Notes: generated from the sequence alone by a model not told the origin. 64,000 nucleotides of DNA from Tubiluchus corallicola (GCA_030141605.1 JAQGDQ010000702.1:1-64000); one strand, 5' to 3'. Shown: positions 23,218 through 38,204, numbered from the stretch's first letter. A program made the numbers and translations.

Positions 23218-24253
23218 AACATTTACAGTAAGAATAGACTATAACTACACAAGCTGACAAGTTTTACTACAAGATTACATTAGACATTAGTAACATTTAC
23301 AGTAAGAATAGACTATAACTACACAAGCTGACAAGTTTTACTACAAGATTACATTAGACATTAGTAACATTTACAGTAAGAATAGACTATAACTACACAA
23401 GCTGACAAGTTTTACTACAAGATTACATTAGACATTAGTAACATTTACAGTAAGAATAGACTATAACTACACAAGCTGACAAGTTTTACTACAAGATTAC
23501 ATTAGACATTAGTAACATTTACAGTAAGAATAGACTATAACTACACAAGCTGACAAGTTTTACTACAAGATTACATTAGACATTAGTAACATTTACAGTA
23601 AGAATAGACTATAACTACACAAGCTGACAAGTTTTACTACAAGATTACATTAGACATTAGTAACATTTACAGTAAGAATAGACTATAACTACACAAGCTG
23701 ACAAGTTTTACTACAAGATTACATTAGACATTAGTAACATTTACAGTAAGAATAGACTATAACTACACAAGCTGACAAGTTTTACTACAAGATTACATTA
23801 GACATTAGTAACATTTACAGTAAGAATAGACTATAACTACACAAGCTGACAAGTTTTACTACAAGATTACATTAGACATTAGTAACATTTACAGTAAGAA
23901 TAGACTATAACTACACAAGCTGACAAGTTTTACTACAAGATTACATTAGACATTAGTAACATTTACAGTAAGAATAGACTATAACTACACAAGCTGACAA
24001 GTTTTACTACAAGATTACATTAGACATTAGTAACATTTACAGTAAGAATAGACTATAACTACACAAGCTGACAAGTTTTACTACAAGATTACATTAGACA
24101 TTAGTAACATTTACAGTAAGAATAGACTATAACTAAACAAGCTGACAAGTTTTACTACAAGATTACATTAGACATTAGTAACATTTACAGTAAGAATAGA
24201 CTATAACTACACAAGCTGACAAGTTTTACTACAAGATTACATTAGACATTAGT
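23218..24253. repeat. 74-bp minisatellite, 14 near-identical copies, derived from a LINE 3' UTR
   Basis: Unit AACATTTACAGTAAGAATAGACTATAACTACACAAGCTGACAAGTTTTACTACAAGATTACATTAGACATTAGT; reverse complement of most of the unit is seen at 63948-64000. Confidence 0.97.
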
Positions 24254-24513
24254 AGAAAATGACGGTTAGAAAATATTAATGTACGAACATTTAAGACTGA
24301 TGCATTTCATATCAGATAGAAACTACTGGAAGCGTTTAGTACGTAATATAAAGTAATGTATGCATTGGAATATTTTACAGTTAGCAACATAGTTAAATTC
24401 ATCTTTTCCGAATAATAACAACTTCAACAGATCATTATTTCCTAAGGCAGTTATATTAAGGTTTTCGGGCAGAAGTATTTCATTTAATTTATCAAACATA
24501 ACAATCCTAGCTA
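24254..24513 (-). mobile_element. LINE 3' fragment (same family as 63670-64000)
   Basis: Reverse complement aligns by eye with 63690-63947 (e.g. GCATTGGAATATTTTACAGTTAGCAACATAGTTAAATTCATCTTTTCCGAATAATAACAACTTCAACAGATCATTA). Confidence 0.85.
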
Positions 24514-24877
24514 GTTGATGTTAACTTAACATGTTAAACCAAAAAAGTTGTCTTGTACATGCAGCTATAGATGCGTGTAGACGCAAAAACAAATTTACAG
24601 TGCTCCATTTTAGTATGTTCTCTACTGTGAATTTTAGAGACTAATGCTGTTTTACAGCAACATACTAGTATGCTACGCACTACGAAAACGTGCATTTCCT
24701 AAATTTTAATTTATATCCGTAGATAAAAAGATGAACAGCTATCTATTAATGATTTTGAAAAAACACTTGACAAACGCGAATTTATTAGATCTTTGTTCCA
24801 TAATGTTGAGCCATTTGCTATTCTGATTATGTTATACAGCATCTATTGTAATATAATTATATTATTTGGTAACTGCT

Positions 24878-25003
24878 AGCCTAACTGGACCCAATTTTAG
24901 CTTAACTGGGCCCGATTGTAGCATAACTGGACCCGATTGTAGCATAACTAGACCTGATTGTAGCATTACTTCACCCAATTGTAGCATAACTGGGCACAAT
25001 TGG
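24878..25003. repeat. Degenerate 21-bp tandem repeat, about 6 copies
   Basis: Unit approx. TAGCATAACTGGACCCGATTG. Confidence 0.85.
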
Positions 25004-25177
25004 CATCTAAACTTGCTTTTTCCGTACAGTCGATATCTAAGTTTAACTTTTAACTTTTTTATGCTCAATTGTACAATTAACTATTTTACATTTTACATAT
25101 AAATAAAACAGTGTATTAAAAATTTGACTTTCTTATTTTTTCTTATGTTAGACTTCGTTAGATGATTCCGCCCAAAA

Positions 25178-25378
25178 CTTTATAAATACAAACAAATAAA
25201 CAAATTGCTGGTTTGAGTTATAAACACAAACAAATAAACAAATTGCTGGTTTAACTTTATAAACACAAACAAATAAATAAATTGCTGGTTTGAGTTATAT
25301 ACACAAACAAATAAATAAATTGCTGGTTTGAGTTATATACGAAAACAAATAAATAAATTGCTGGTTTGAGTTATATAC
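25178..25378. repeat. ~39-bp tandem repeat, about 5 copies, abutting the first splice donor
   Basis: Unit approx. TTATAAACACAAACAAATAAA(C/T)AAATTGCTGGTTTGAG. Confidence 0.9.
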
Positions 25379-25382
25379 GCAC

Positions 25383-25454
25383 CTTTACTATGCTGATATA
25401 ATTGTTTTGTCCACCTCTGTCGTGTGCACACTTTAACAACCAAGCTCTTATACT
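25383..25454 (-). other. Predicted non-coding first exon of the minus-strand structural-protein locus
   Basis: Starts at the A of an Inr (caTTCAGTa, 25454); ends AAG|gtgcgt at 25383; the leader exon at 22593 has an acceptor just 6 nt before ATG and so requires an upstream exon. Confidence 0.6.
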
Positions 25455-25486
25455 GAATGCGATGTGTCAAGTTGAACGATTTTATA
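25452..25486 (-). promoter_or_regulatory. Core promoter: TATA box plus initiator
   Basis: TATAAAA beginning at 25486, 32 nt upstream of a TCAGT initiator (A at 25454), canonical spacing. Confidence 0.65.
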
Positions 25487-25595
25487 TCGAGTTGTCATTC
25501 GAACTGACCCACAAAATCCGCCAAAATCGGTGGCTGTCTGAGTTGACCCGCTTTTCTGTGTCCACCAATCATTGCATCAGCGGAGGGAGGATCCA

Positions 25596-27519
25596 TGACT
25601 GTTATTGCTCATTTAACTCTTAGAAATATGAACATCAATGACTGTTATTGCTCATTTAACTCTTAGAAATATGAACATCAATGACTGTTATTGCTCATTT
25701 AACTCTTAGAAATATGAACATCAGTGACTGTTATTGCTCATTTAACTCTTAGAAATATGAACATCAGTGACTGTTATTGCTCATTTAACTCTTTGAAATA
25801 TGAACATCAATGAATGTTATTGCTCATTTAACTCTTAGAAATATGAACATCAGTGACTGTTATTGTTCATTTAACTCTTAGAAATATGAACATCAGTGAC
25901 TGTTATTGCTCGTTTAACTCTTAGAAATATGAACATCAGTGACTGTTATTGCTCGTTTAACTCTTAGAAATATGAACATCAGTGACTGTTATTGTTCATT
26001 TAACTCTTAGAAATATGAACATCAGTGACTGTTATTGCTCATTTAACTCTTTGAAATATGAACATCAATGAATGTTATTGCTCATTTAACTCTTAGAAAT
26101 ATGAACATCAGTGACTGTTATTGCTCGTTTAACTCTTAGAAATATGAACATCAGTGACTGTTATTGTTCATTTAACTCTTAGAAATATGAACATCAGTGA
26201 CTGTTATTGCTCGTTTAACTCTTAGAAATATGAACATCAGTGACTGTTATTGTTCATTTAACTCTTAGAAATATGAACATCAGTGACTGTTATTGTTCAA
26301 TTAACTCTTAGAAATATGAACATCAGTGACTGTTATTGTTCATTTAACTCTTTGAAATATGAACATCAATGACTGTTATTGTTCATTTAACTTTTAGAAT
26401 ATGAACATCAGTGACTGTTATTGCTCATTTAATTCTTTTAAATATGAACATCAATGACTGTTATTGTTCATTTAACTCTTAGAAATATGAACATCAGTGA
26501 CTGTTATTGCTCATTTAACTCTTTGAAATATGAACATCAATGACTGTTATTGTTCATTTAACTCTTAGAAATATGAACATCAGTGACTGTTATTGTTCAT
26601 TTAACTCTTAGAAATATGAACATCAATGACTGTTATTGTTCATTTAACTTTTAGAATATGAACATCAGTGACTGTTATTGTTCATTTAACTCTTAGAAAT
26701 ATGAACATCAGTGACTGTTATTGTTCATTTAACTCTTAGAAATATGAACATCAGTGACTGTTATTGTTCATTTAACTCTTTGAAATATGAACATCAATGA
26801 CTGTTATTGTTCATTTAACTCTTAGAAATATGAACATCAATGACTGTTATTGTTCATTTAACTCTTAGAAATATGAACATCAGTGACTGTTATTGCTCAT
26901 TTAACTCTTAGAAATATGAACATCAGTGACTGTTATTGTTCATTTAACTCTTAGAAATATGAACATCAGTGACTGTTATTGCTGATTTAACTCTTAGAAA
27001 TATGAACATCAGTGACTGTTATTGTTCATTTAACTCTTAGAAATATGAACATCAATGACTGTTATTGTTCATTTAACTCTTAGAAATATGAACATCAGTG
27101 ACTGTTATTGCTCATTTAACTCTTAGAAATATGAACATCAGTGACTGTTATTGTTCATTTAACTCTTAGAAATATGAACATCAATGACTGTTATTGTTCA
27201 TTTAACTCTTAGAAATATGAACATCAGTGACTGTTATTGTTCATTTAACTCTTAGAAATATGAACATCAGTGACTGTTATTGTTCATTTAACTCTTAGAA
27301 ATATGAACATCAGTGACTGTTACTGTTCATTTAACTCTTAGAAATATGAACATCAGTGACTGTTATTGTTCATTTAACTCTTAGAAATATGAACATCAGT
27401 GACTGTTATTGCTCATTTAACTCTTAGAAATATGAACATCAGTGACTGTTATTGTTCATTTAACTCTTAGAAATATGAACATCAGTGACTGTTATTGCTC
27501 ATTTAACTCTTAGAAATAT
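25596..27519. repeat. 43-bp minisatellite, about 45 copies
   Basis: Unit TGACTGTTATTG(C/T)TCATTTAACTCTTAGAAATATGAACATCA(G/A). Confidence 0.98.
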
Positions 27520-29780
27520 AAGAAGAAGCGATAAAGAGTGAAAAATGGAAGGAGAGAGGGAGCGAGCTGGAGAGAATGAAAAAGAATGAAGGGGTGAGAA
27601 CAAAAAGGAAGGCAGAGAATGAAAAAATGTGTAGTTGAAAAAATAGAAATGAAGGAAAAAGAAGAAAAAGGGAAAGGAAAATGAAAAAGACCTACAGCCT
27701 AAGGCCGCATTCACACGCGCCTACTAACTGCAGCGGTTATTGCCTTGGTTATTGCAATTTCCAGAAATAATGCTTGATTCGTGATGCATAAAACTCACAT
27801 ATTTGCAATTGCTACCTGCATTAATTACTTAATGTGGTTGGACGCCTGGGACTCGAAAAAAGTGAAACTAGAAGGGACCGAGGAATCATAAACTTTCTCC
27901 ATGATTAAAAGAAAACTCAGAAAAAAGACCCTCCCTTTTGTCGTCTTCTTACATCCGCCACGCCTTCCTATGCCGCTGGTCATGTGATCAGCAAAGTGAA
28001 AGGGCAAAGCAGAAACTTACTTTATCAATTCTGTCACATGAACTGACACAGTAACTAAGCAAGAATGTAATTCGTCTATTTTGTCTCAATTTGTTCTGCA
28101 GGTTTGTAAAATTACACAATAAATACTCACCTTTTTGCCCTATATCATTAATTACTACTAGTCTTGACCTTACAAAGCAATTTGCATTCGTAAGTCTGTC
28201 ACACTTCTTACGTGTTCTTTGAAGTAAACCACCAAAAAGAGAAAATTATATGAACATGACATTTCAGATAAGCTTTAGTTTTTAGTTTAGTTTTATTAGT
28301 TTTAGTTTTAGGTATTCGTTTTTTTGCAGAACTACTTCTACATGAACTTCTTTTCCGGATTTTGAAATTGATTACTAACTTACCCAGTAGCACTTTTTAT
28401 GGATTTTCTCGGATGAATGCAGTTACTAACTTAATTTCATTGCTTTTGAAGAGCGGCTGACGTTGGTGTTTAAAAATAATGGTGTTACTATATTAGGAAA
28501 TTATATTTCACGGCTATTATTATGTTTAATGACACCTAGGTCACCCCATTGTAATTATATCACACTGTTTGGCTGTTATATCATAGATTTGTTTCGTACT
28601 TTTATCAAATAAATTGTTGCAAATAGCAGATAAAATAATTATGATCCGATTTTTCAATAGTTATAATTTTTTAAAACTAAATTTTGCGTATTTTATGCCA
28701 ACTTACCACAATTTTACATTTATATGAATTCAAAATTCTCTTGCCACTTTCGTGTTTGGCACGACCAAACATTTAGCCTTGACGTATAAAAAGCAGAAAG
28801 TATGCAATGTAGCAGGTACCAGTCTGTGCTCTGTACCACCAGCGTTGTTTATGCGGTCGTTTACTTATAGGAGAATGCTGTTTTATGGTTCTAAGTGACT
28901 CGTGTTTGGATAGTTGTGGGTTAAGATGATGCAGCAGACCTCGTGGTGCCAATGTGTTCTAGGCACGCGACGTAAATTATCTTTAATGCTTAGTACTGGA
29001 ATTCTAAGTGTTGTTACAGATGTTTGTTACGCAGGTTCTGACTGACTGACTGACTAAATGACTGACTGACTGACTGACTGACTGACTGACTGACTGACTG
29101 ACTGAACAAATGAATAAATGAATGAACAAATGAGCAAAATGCACGAACGAATGGAAAAGCAGACAGCCGAACCAACCAATACACCAACCAACCAACAAAT
29201 CTTCCAGGAAAAGAACAGACGAACAAACAATTACACCAACAAGCGAATGAATCAGCGTTTTTGAATTGCTTTGATTTCACGATAAGTTATAATCAGAGAA
29301 ACAGCTTGGGGATATTGGTTTACTGTAGCAATACAAACTAATATGAAGAAAAAGAAGAAATGTTTGTTTGAAATTTGGCTTAGTCTTTAAAACTTAGTGA
29401 TATTTTATGTACGCATGTTGCCTGTTTTATATTCAAACATTTTAATGGCATGCTTCCTAGTACTTTCGCATTTTATTTAGAGCAAACAATGTACTCTATA
29501 GTACTAGGCAACTCAATAATTACCATATTCCGAAAATAAGAACTGACCTTATGAAACTTTTTATTGTTTATGAAGGTCTTGTTTTATGGAATAACTTAAT
29601 ATGTAATGTTAAAGAACTTTTTTTTGAAAAGAAAATCAAAATTATGAATATTTTTTATAATGCCTAACAACATTTATTGTCCATCTTGTTTATGTTAGAA
29701 AAATTTGGCTTAAAATCTCGTGACTTCGTTGCCAGCCATAATTAAGTTCTTTATTTGAACAATGAAGATGATGTATTTTA

Positions 29781-30266
<486 letters not shown>

Positions 30267-30622
30267 AGAATTATAACAAAAAGGAAAAATGAGAGAAAGT
30301 GATTTTCATAAAAGATCTCTATTTAAATGCACCAATAATTGAGCAGTCTGTAGTAATAATATCAAAACGTTTTGTCGTTTTATTTTCACGCCGATGCCGA
30401 TTAGTTACTTAGTTACGAAAAGCGTTGCTTAGTAGTACTTTCACATCAATTACTATATCATTACTATTGCATTGTGATAATTAATATATAGCCTTTTGTT
30501 CATTATATAAATTACTTGTTCCAACACATCGCATATCACCCGCAGCACGCCTAGATTTATCTACGCCACCTTTCTGAAAGCTTCAAATGTAGTACTTTAC
30601 TAGTCTATAAACTACCAACGTT

Positions 30623-30935
30623 ATGAAAACAAATCAGTTTTTCTTTGCGGCAGTAATGATTACAATCACGCAGGCGAATTACCGGTATAATTTATATCAC
30701 AAGAAGCTATCACTGCGTGCTTTAAGAGGTTGTGTTCTGGAGACGTTTGTAGTTTCCAGTGTCACAGAATGTGGTCAACGCTGCTGGAACGAACTCTGGT
30801 GCGTGGGTTTTAATATAGGAGCTGCGATCCCCATGAGTGGGCAGGATAGGCAGTGCGAACTAAGTGCCTGTGGAACTGATGACACGAGTCTTGCAACCAT
30901 CGATGAAGTTAACAACTTTGATTACTATGAAAGAG
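30623..30935 (+). CDS. PAN/apple + C-type lectin protein, exon 1 (signal peptide and PAN/apple-like domain)
   Basis: MKTNQFFFAAVMITITQA signal-like start; SSVTECGQRCWNELWCVGFNIG...CELS fits the PAN C-x3-C-x5-C-x2-F-N...C-x-L pattern; donor AGA G|gtataa, phase 1. Confidence 0.8.
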
Positions 30936-31578
30936 GTATAAACCATCGTAATTATGAAAGTATTTATTAACATACTTAACTGGGTTAGGACGCTTTTGTT
31001 ATAGCTGTAATTTCCCAGACTGCAACTCTTAAATTTAATCTCGTAGAGAGTTTATTTTTTTATTTTTTAAATTTTCTCAAACTTGATTATACGTTGAACA
31101 ATAATGCAAAGTTAATGTAAGGTTAGGACGACTAGTTTCGCTGTATGAGGTGTACTAATAGTGTTACCGTGTTCCGCTGAAGATATAAGTGTTTTGTCTC
31201 CTTGTCACCTCTATACAGGGACGGATTCAGAGTTTTAAAGGACCTAAGGCTATCAAACAAACAAAGACTCTAAACGTAAGGATAGTCGCAAATATAAAAA
31301 AATCTCATCCAATTGTGCTGTACTGCTGACCCTGAAATTAATTCACATGATATTTGGCAGCACAAAACTAAATCAATTTGGTTAGAATATAAATTTAAAA
31401 TTAAATATTAGATTCATGCACAGGTCAGATTGCCATTAAAATAGAAATGGTTTTGATTGTCACGCCTTTCCGCCTTGTTTAACTAAAAGGCGAGTTGCTG
31501 TTTGTTACTGAGTCTACCTCAGTTTCATTTTAAAATTACCCATTACCACCAAATAAATGTCGAAGTGATGTATTACAG

Positions 31579-31979
31579 GTAACACAGGACATTGTCCAGC
31601 TGAGTTTGAAGAGTTCCGTGGAGCTTGCTACTTCTTTAGTTATAATTCAACTGGCACTTGGAGTGAGACACGGCAACACTGCTTGGACAAAGGCTCAGAC
31701 CTGGTCAGCATTGAAACACCAACCGAGTTGTCTTTCGTACACAGTAAAGATCCGACTCTCACCTGGATGACCAGCGGAACAGATAAGGATGAAGAAGACA
31801 CTTGGATATGGTCTGCGACCGGACGACCAGTAGGAGAGGGCGGATGGACAATGTGGGGTGATGGCGAGCCGAACAATTCTGGAGGAGAAGAACATCATCT
31901 TCAGATAGTGCCATCAGGACACTTTAACGATATAAATGAAAATTGGATCATGTCGTATGTGTGCGAACGATTTCCGTAA
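31579..31979 (+). CDS. PAN/apple + C-type lectin protein, exon 2 (C-type lectin domain, EPN type)
   Basis: Acceptor tattacag|GT AAC (phase 1; second in-frame acceptor 9 nt later); CPAEFEEFRGACYFF...TWSETRQHCLDKGSDLVSIETPTELSFV...W..G.D...EDTWIWS..G.....WTMWGDGEPNNSGGEEH...FND...YVCE is a clear CTLD. Confidence 0.9.
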
Positions 31980-32074
31980 ATCACTTTAAATTATCGTGAG
32001 AGCAATTTTTATTAGAAATTTGTTCTCTTGGTTTGACAAAATCTTTTTAAAATAGAAATTTTGTTTGTATGTTA

Positions 32075-32571
<497 letters not shown>

Positions 32572-33575
32572 TACATGCAATTATATACAGGTATACACAA
32601 TTACATGTATCTTATTGTATATTACATGTATATACTTTATACATGCATATAAAAATACTCAGTGTCGCTATACATTGTAAAAATACTAATACTTAAAAAG
32701 CTCGATTAATTCGAAAAACCGACGATTTTACAAAACCAAAATCATACACACTATAACTTCCTAAAGAAAAGTCTTAAAATTTTAAATTAAACAATAAAAA
32801 TAAATGTCTATTACATAGCACGGGGCTTGACTATGTAAAAAATTAAATGCCAGCAGAGCAATTTTGAATTTGATTCTAGATTGTATCGGAAGTCAGTGCA
32901 AGGCCCGTAATGTTGGAGTTATGTGATCACACTTGCGCAAATACGTGATCACTCTAGCTGCAGAATTTTGATTTTTCTGTAGTTTGTTTACAGAGTTTTT
33001 TGAAACATTAAAGAGTAATGCATTACAGTAGTCCAGTTATAAAGGAATGAATCAGGGATTCAGTAGATTCAGTAATGATCTAATGATCTCAGTTATAGCT
33101 AAGATTTGGGTGTTTTGTATCTTCATAATTATTATTAATGAAGGTATTGTAGTTACATATTTACTAACATAAGTTTTTTCTTAATCGTACTATTCAGAAT
33201 CTTAGCGAACAGGTCCTATAAGTCATACTTTTGTATATATAGGCTGTATGATACGAAATGTATGTTTATTGACTACAGATTTCAAATTCATCTAAAATCG
33301 CTTTGTCTAAACTACGTAAATTTTACCCGAATTGAAATTTTGGTAATTTAAAAAATTCACGTGAAATAGAGAAAAAATTTGTTTTCCTTGTAAATCTTTA
33401 GGTCTTCTATTTGTAACTTTTGAACTTTTAAGTACATCGCTGTGGAATCATTTGTTTTGATTGTTACAAAATCGATTCATTTAATTTTATTTGATTTTAC
33501 AATTAATTTGACAATCAATTTTGCAAATTGATCATATAATCTAACACGACTATTTACAATTAGTATAATTTTGTG

Positions 33576-34012
<437 letters not shown>

Positions 34013-35142
34013 ATGCTTATTATGTTATGCTTATTATAAAAATAGGAATTAAGTTCGATTGTTTGCTGAGCCAATAATCATTCATCAAAATAAATGCTAA
34101 AAATATTAATTATAATATTTATTTTACAATTACATCAATAACACATTTTTAAGTAACCTCTACATTTCCTTAGTAAATTGCGCACTACGAATGCTCTGAT
34201 CGCTTATTTTTCAAAATGGTTTCATATAGTCAATACACTGTTAAAATGGCTGAACTTAGCAATCGTCTTGGAAGACTAAATTTTCAAGTTTTGTACAATG
34301 TTGCTGCTAATACAAGTTCTGTACAAATAAAATAGGTGATGCAAAATTTCAAGATGCCTTTTTTCGGCTTTATGTAAGAACAGTGTTTTCTGTGCTTTAA
34401 AACAATCTTTTGTTTAGAGGAAAAACCAAACCTCGAACAACGACAACTGTAAATATACAATAAAAAATATCAAAATTACCACTTCATATACACAAATAAA
34501 ATGCCTTGCTTGAAAATGCAAAGAAATTTAAACCATTTTTCTCTCTCGCCAAACGAAATTTGCTGCCAACATATTTGAAAAAAAAGACGCAACCTGCTGG
34601 ATAGCAAAGACATTTTACATAACTTTTGAAAAAATTCTAGGCGTTGGCTTTGTAGGCGTTGGCTTTATTTTATTTACAGGTTAACTCTGTGAAGTAGCTC
34701 ACGTACAATACGTGCTGGGTGGTGAGGTCGTGGGCTACCTGGTTTATAGAGTTCAGGGTTTAGCTTATAAAAGTAATTATTCTATTACTTTGTCGGCATA
34801 AACTATCTGAGCAGGAGGATGTTATACTACTGTCAGTAACTGGATTTCATCACATAGTGTGCATCAAGAATCATCAAAAAGTAAAAAATATGCATAGTAT
34901 TAGTGTCGCTTTGCTTAAGCAACTGGCAGGATAAGTGTTAATATTGCATAGTAACCAGATAACGGCAGTTCTGTTCAAAATGAGCGAGTCCAACTGAAGA
35001 GTAAACTGATCTGGACCTTAAATTGATTCGACTAATTGCACAAGGCACATAACAATTCTATTGCTGAAGCTGCCTGACATTTTTTTCAGGTATTACAACT
35101 AACTCAACTTCCTGAGAGACTTGGCTTTTTCTTTAATCTAAT

Positions 35143-35597
35143 TACATACATATATACATACATACATACATACATACATGCATACATACATACATACATA
35201 CATACATACATACATACATACATACATACATACATACATACATACATACATACATACATACATACATACATACATACATACATACATACATACATACATA
35301 CATACATACATACATACATACATACATACATACATACATACATACATGCATGCATGCATACATGCATGCATACATACATACATACATACATACATACATA
35401 CATACATACATACATACATACATACATACATACATACATACATACATACATACATACATACATACATACATGCATGCATGCATACATACATACATACATA
35501 CATACATACATACATACATACATACATACATACATACATACAAACATACATACATACATACATACATACATACATACATACATACATACATACATAC
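35143..35597. repeat. (ACAT)n microsatellite
   Basis: Direct reading. Confidence 0.98.
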
Positions 35598-36842
35598 ACG
35601 CGATGCTAAAAATTTTTCCTAAAAGTATACATATTGATCACGTATGTTTATGTGGAATTTTTATTGTTTTTTCACACGAAACACTCATTTTTCATTTACA
35701 TTTGCTAATTTTGCTAATATAAATGTACTTTGTAAGTATGTATGGATGCTTTTTACGACAATAACATAATGTTTTTATGAGAATAAATTTAAACTTAGAC
35801 AGGTATTTAGACATATTTGTGTGGCTCTATAACGGAATGAAATCTGAATCACATGCAGGTAATGTTTGGTTCCTCACAGCTCACACCCAGCTGGTGACGT
35901 CGCCTCGATTTCTCATTTGTTCACTCGCCTAATCAAATATCCGGTATGTGAAAGGGCCTTTAGCCAGTCTCATCCACTACACCCCACCTCTTCGTGGGTC
36001 CGTCTCACACATGTGTATTGTTCGTCGTAGTACCCACCTTCAACTTTTTGGACCTTACCTAGGTCATGTGCAATTTTATGAATTATGCAATTAAGAATGT
36101 GCAATTTTAATTATACACTATTGGACCCTACCTGTGCCAATATTCTATAAAATTATGAATGTGCAATTTTAATTACACATTACGAATGTAAATCAGTGAA
36201 TGTCAAACGTCAGTGAATGTCAGCATTTCGGCCCACAATCCGACAGCAGAAAGGGTTACTGACTACAGTTTAAGTTGAAATTTTCTACAATGTGAAATTA
36301 AGAAATGATTGCAGTTCACCGCTTTGCCGCCGGCATAATCGTACAGTAAGAAACTTTCGCTACAATAATGTCACGATGGTCACATAACCCACTGGCTTAC
36401 TTGTTGCATTGTCTAGCGACCTGTCGCCTAACTTTTACTGTTCTCTCGATTCTGCTAAGCTAGGTCATAAAGCGAGTAAAAGTTTAAAGTTAACTGGTTG
36501 GCCTCGTTTGCGTCGAAAGTGAAGAGAAATTCTTACTTTAGCAGAGAGAATGTTCCACAAACTGTTGCGTGTTGAAAGAGCGTTAAGCTTTTAACAATGA
36601 TAATAATGCAATTCAGTTACGGATCACTGTTATGAGAACAGTTTCGTGCTGTTTCAGAGAATATTTAAAAATATGAACTCATAATTATCACGTGATGGTA
36701 AGCTGTGGTGCGTCATTAGCTTGAACATGAGATAGCGCCCTTTTGTAACTTGACGTGGTCATAATCACATTACGTCTCAATTTATTTTTATTTTTTTATT
36801 TTTTTTTAATTTAATTTTATAATTTAATTTAATTTTAGAAAC

Positions 36843-37269
36843 GTTAGAAAATTTTCTATTAAATACAATGGCCCCTGCATATGGAATTCAATTGCTCCAG
36901 CTATTAAAAATGCCAACTCGCTGTCCATATTTAAAAAAATATAAATTAAACTTACTTGAAACATATAACTGATCACTCAATCATGATTTGTTGTTTTTCA
37001 TTTTCAAAAACTTCCCCTCTAGTATAATAATATTTTTATTACTTCCCACCCGTATTTATATTTGTATATATTGTAATATTGTATCTGTATATATTGTAAT
37101 TTTTTTTCGTAACTAAATCTAGTGGCCTAGCATAAGCTAGCTTCTTAGGTCTCTAGCGTAGAATTCATGAATTGTATCATAATTTTGTATTAACCAAAAC
37201 TGATTATCGATGGACATGTAATGTGTATGTTTACTGCGAAATAAATCTATTAAATCTAAAATTAAATCT
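36843..37269 (+). mobile_element. 5'-truncated CR1/L2-group LINE 3' end, copy 1
   Basis: Encodes FSIKYNGPCIWNSIAPAIKNANSLSIFKK; near-identical to 43764-44193; ends AAATAAATCTATTAAATCTAAAATTAAATC. Confidence 0.8.
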
Positions 37270-37775
37270 TTTATTTTATAAAAAATATTTTTTTACTGGA
37301 GCTTTAGTCTTTCATGGTCTTCGTCAACAGTAAGTTAGAGATACAATAATAAAAACTATGACAAATTACAGGTAAAACTATATGTAAATTGTAAACTAAG
37401 TATACAATGGTACCCCTTATTTTAATGTCATTGTATACTTTGTATACTTACACTTTACATGTAGTTTTAGCTGTAATTTTTATCATTCATATTATTGTAC
37501 CTATCATTTATATTATGTGGTCGTTTCTTCTCCTCTCTTCCTTCCTCCTATCCCTAATCTTACTCTTTTTTTCCATTCCATGTCTACTAACCCTAACCAT
37601 TCTTTCATTCACTCATTTCTGCCACCCTAACAAGCCAAGCTTGCAAGATGTCATACAGTAACTCTTTTATTTGGTTAATTTGACTTCATCAACGTTTTTT
37701 TACCTATACTGTTTCTTTTTGTTTCAATAATATTGTATGTTGATGTATTGTATATGTATTGCTGGAGTGAAATAA

Positions 37776-38204
<429 letters not shown>

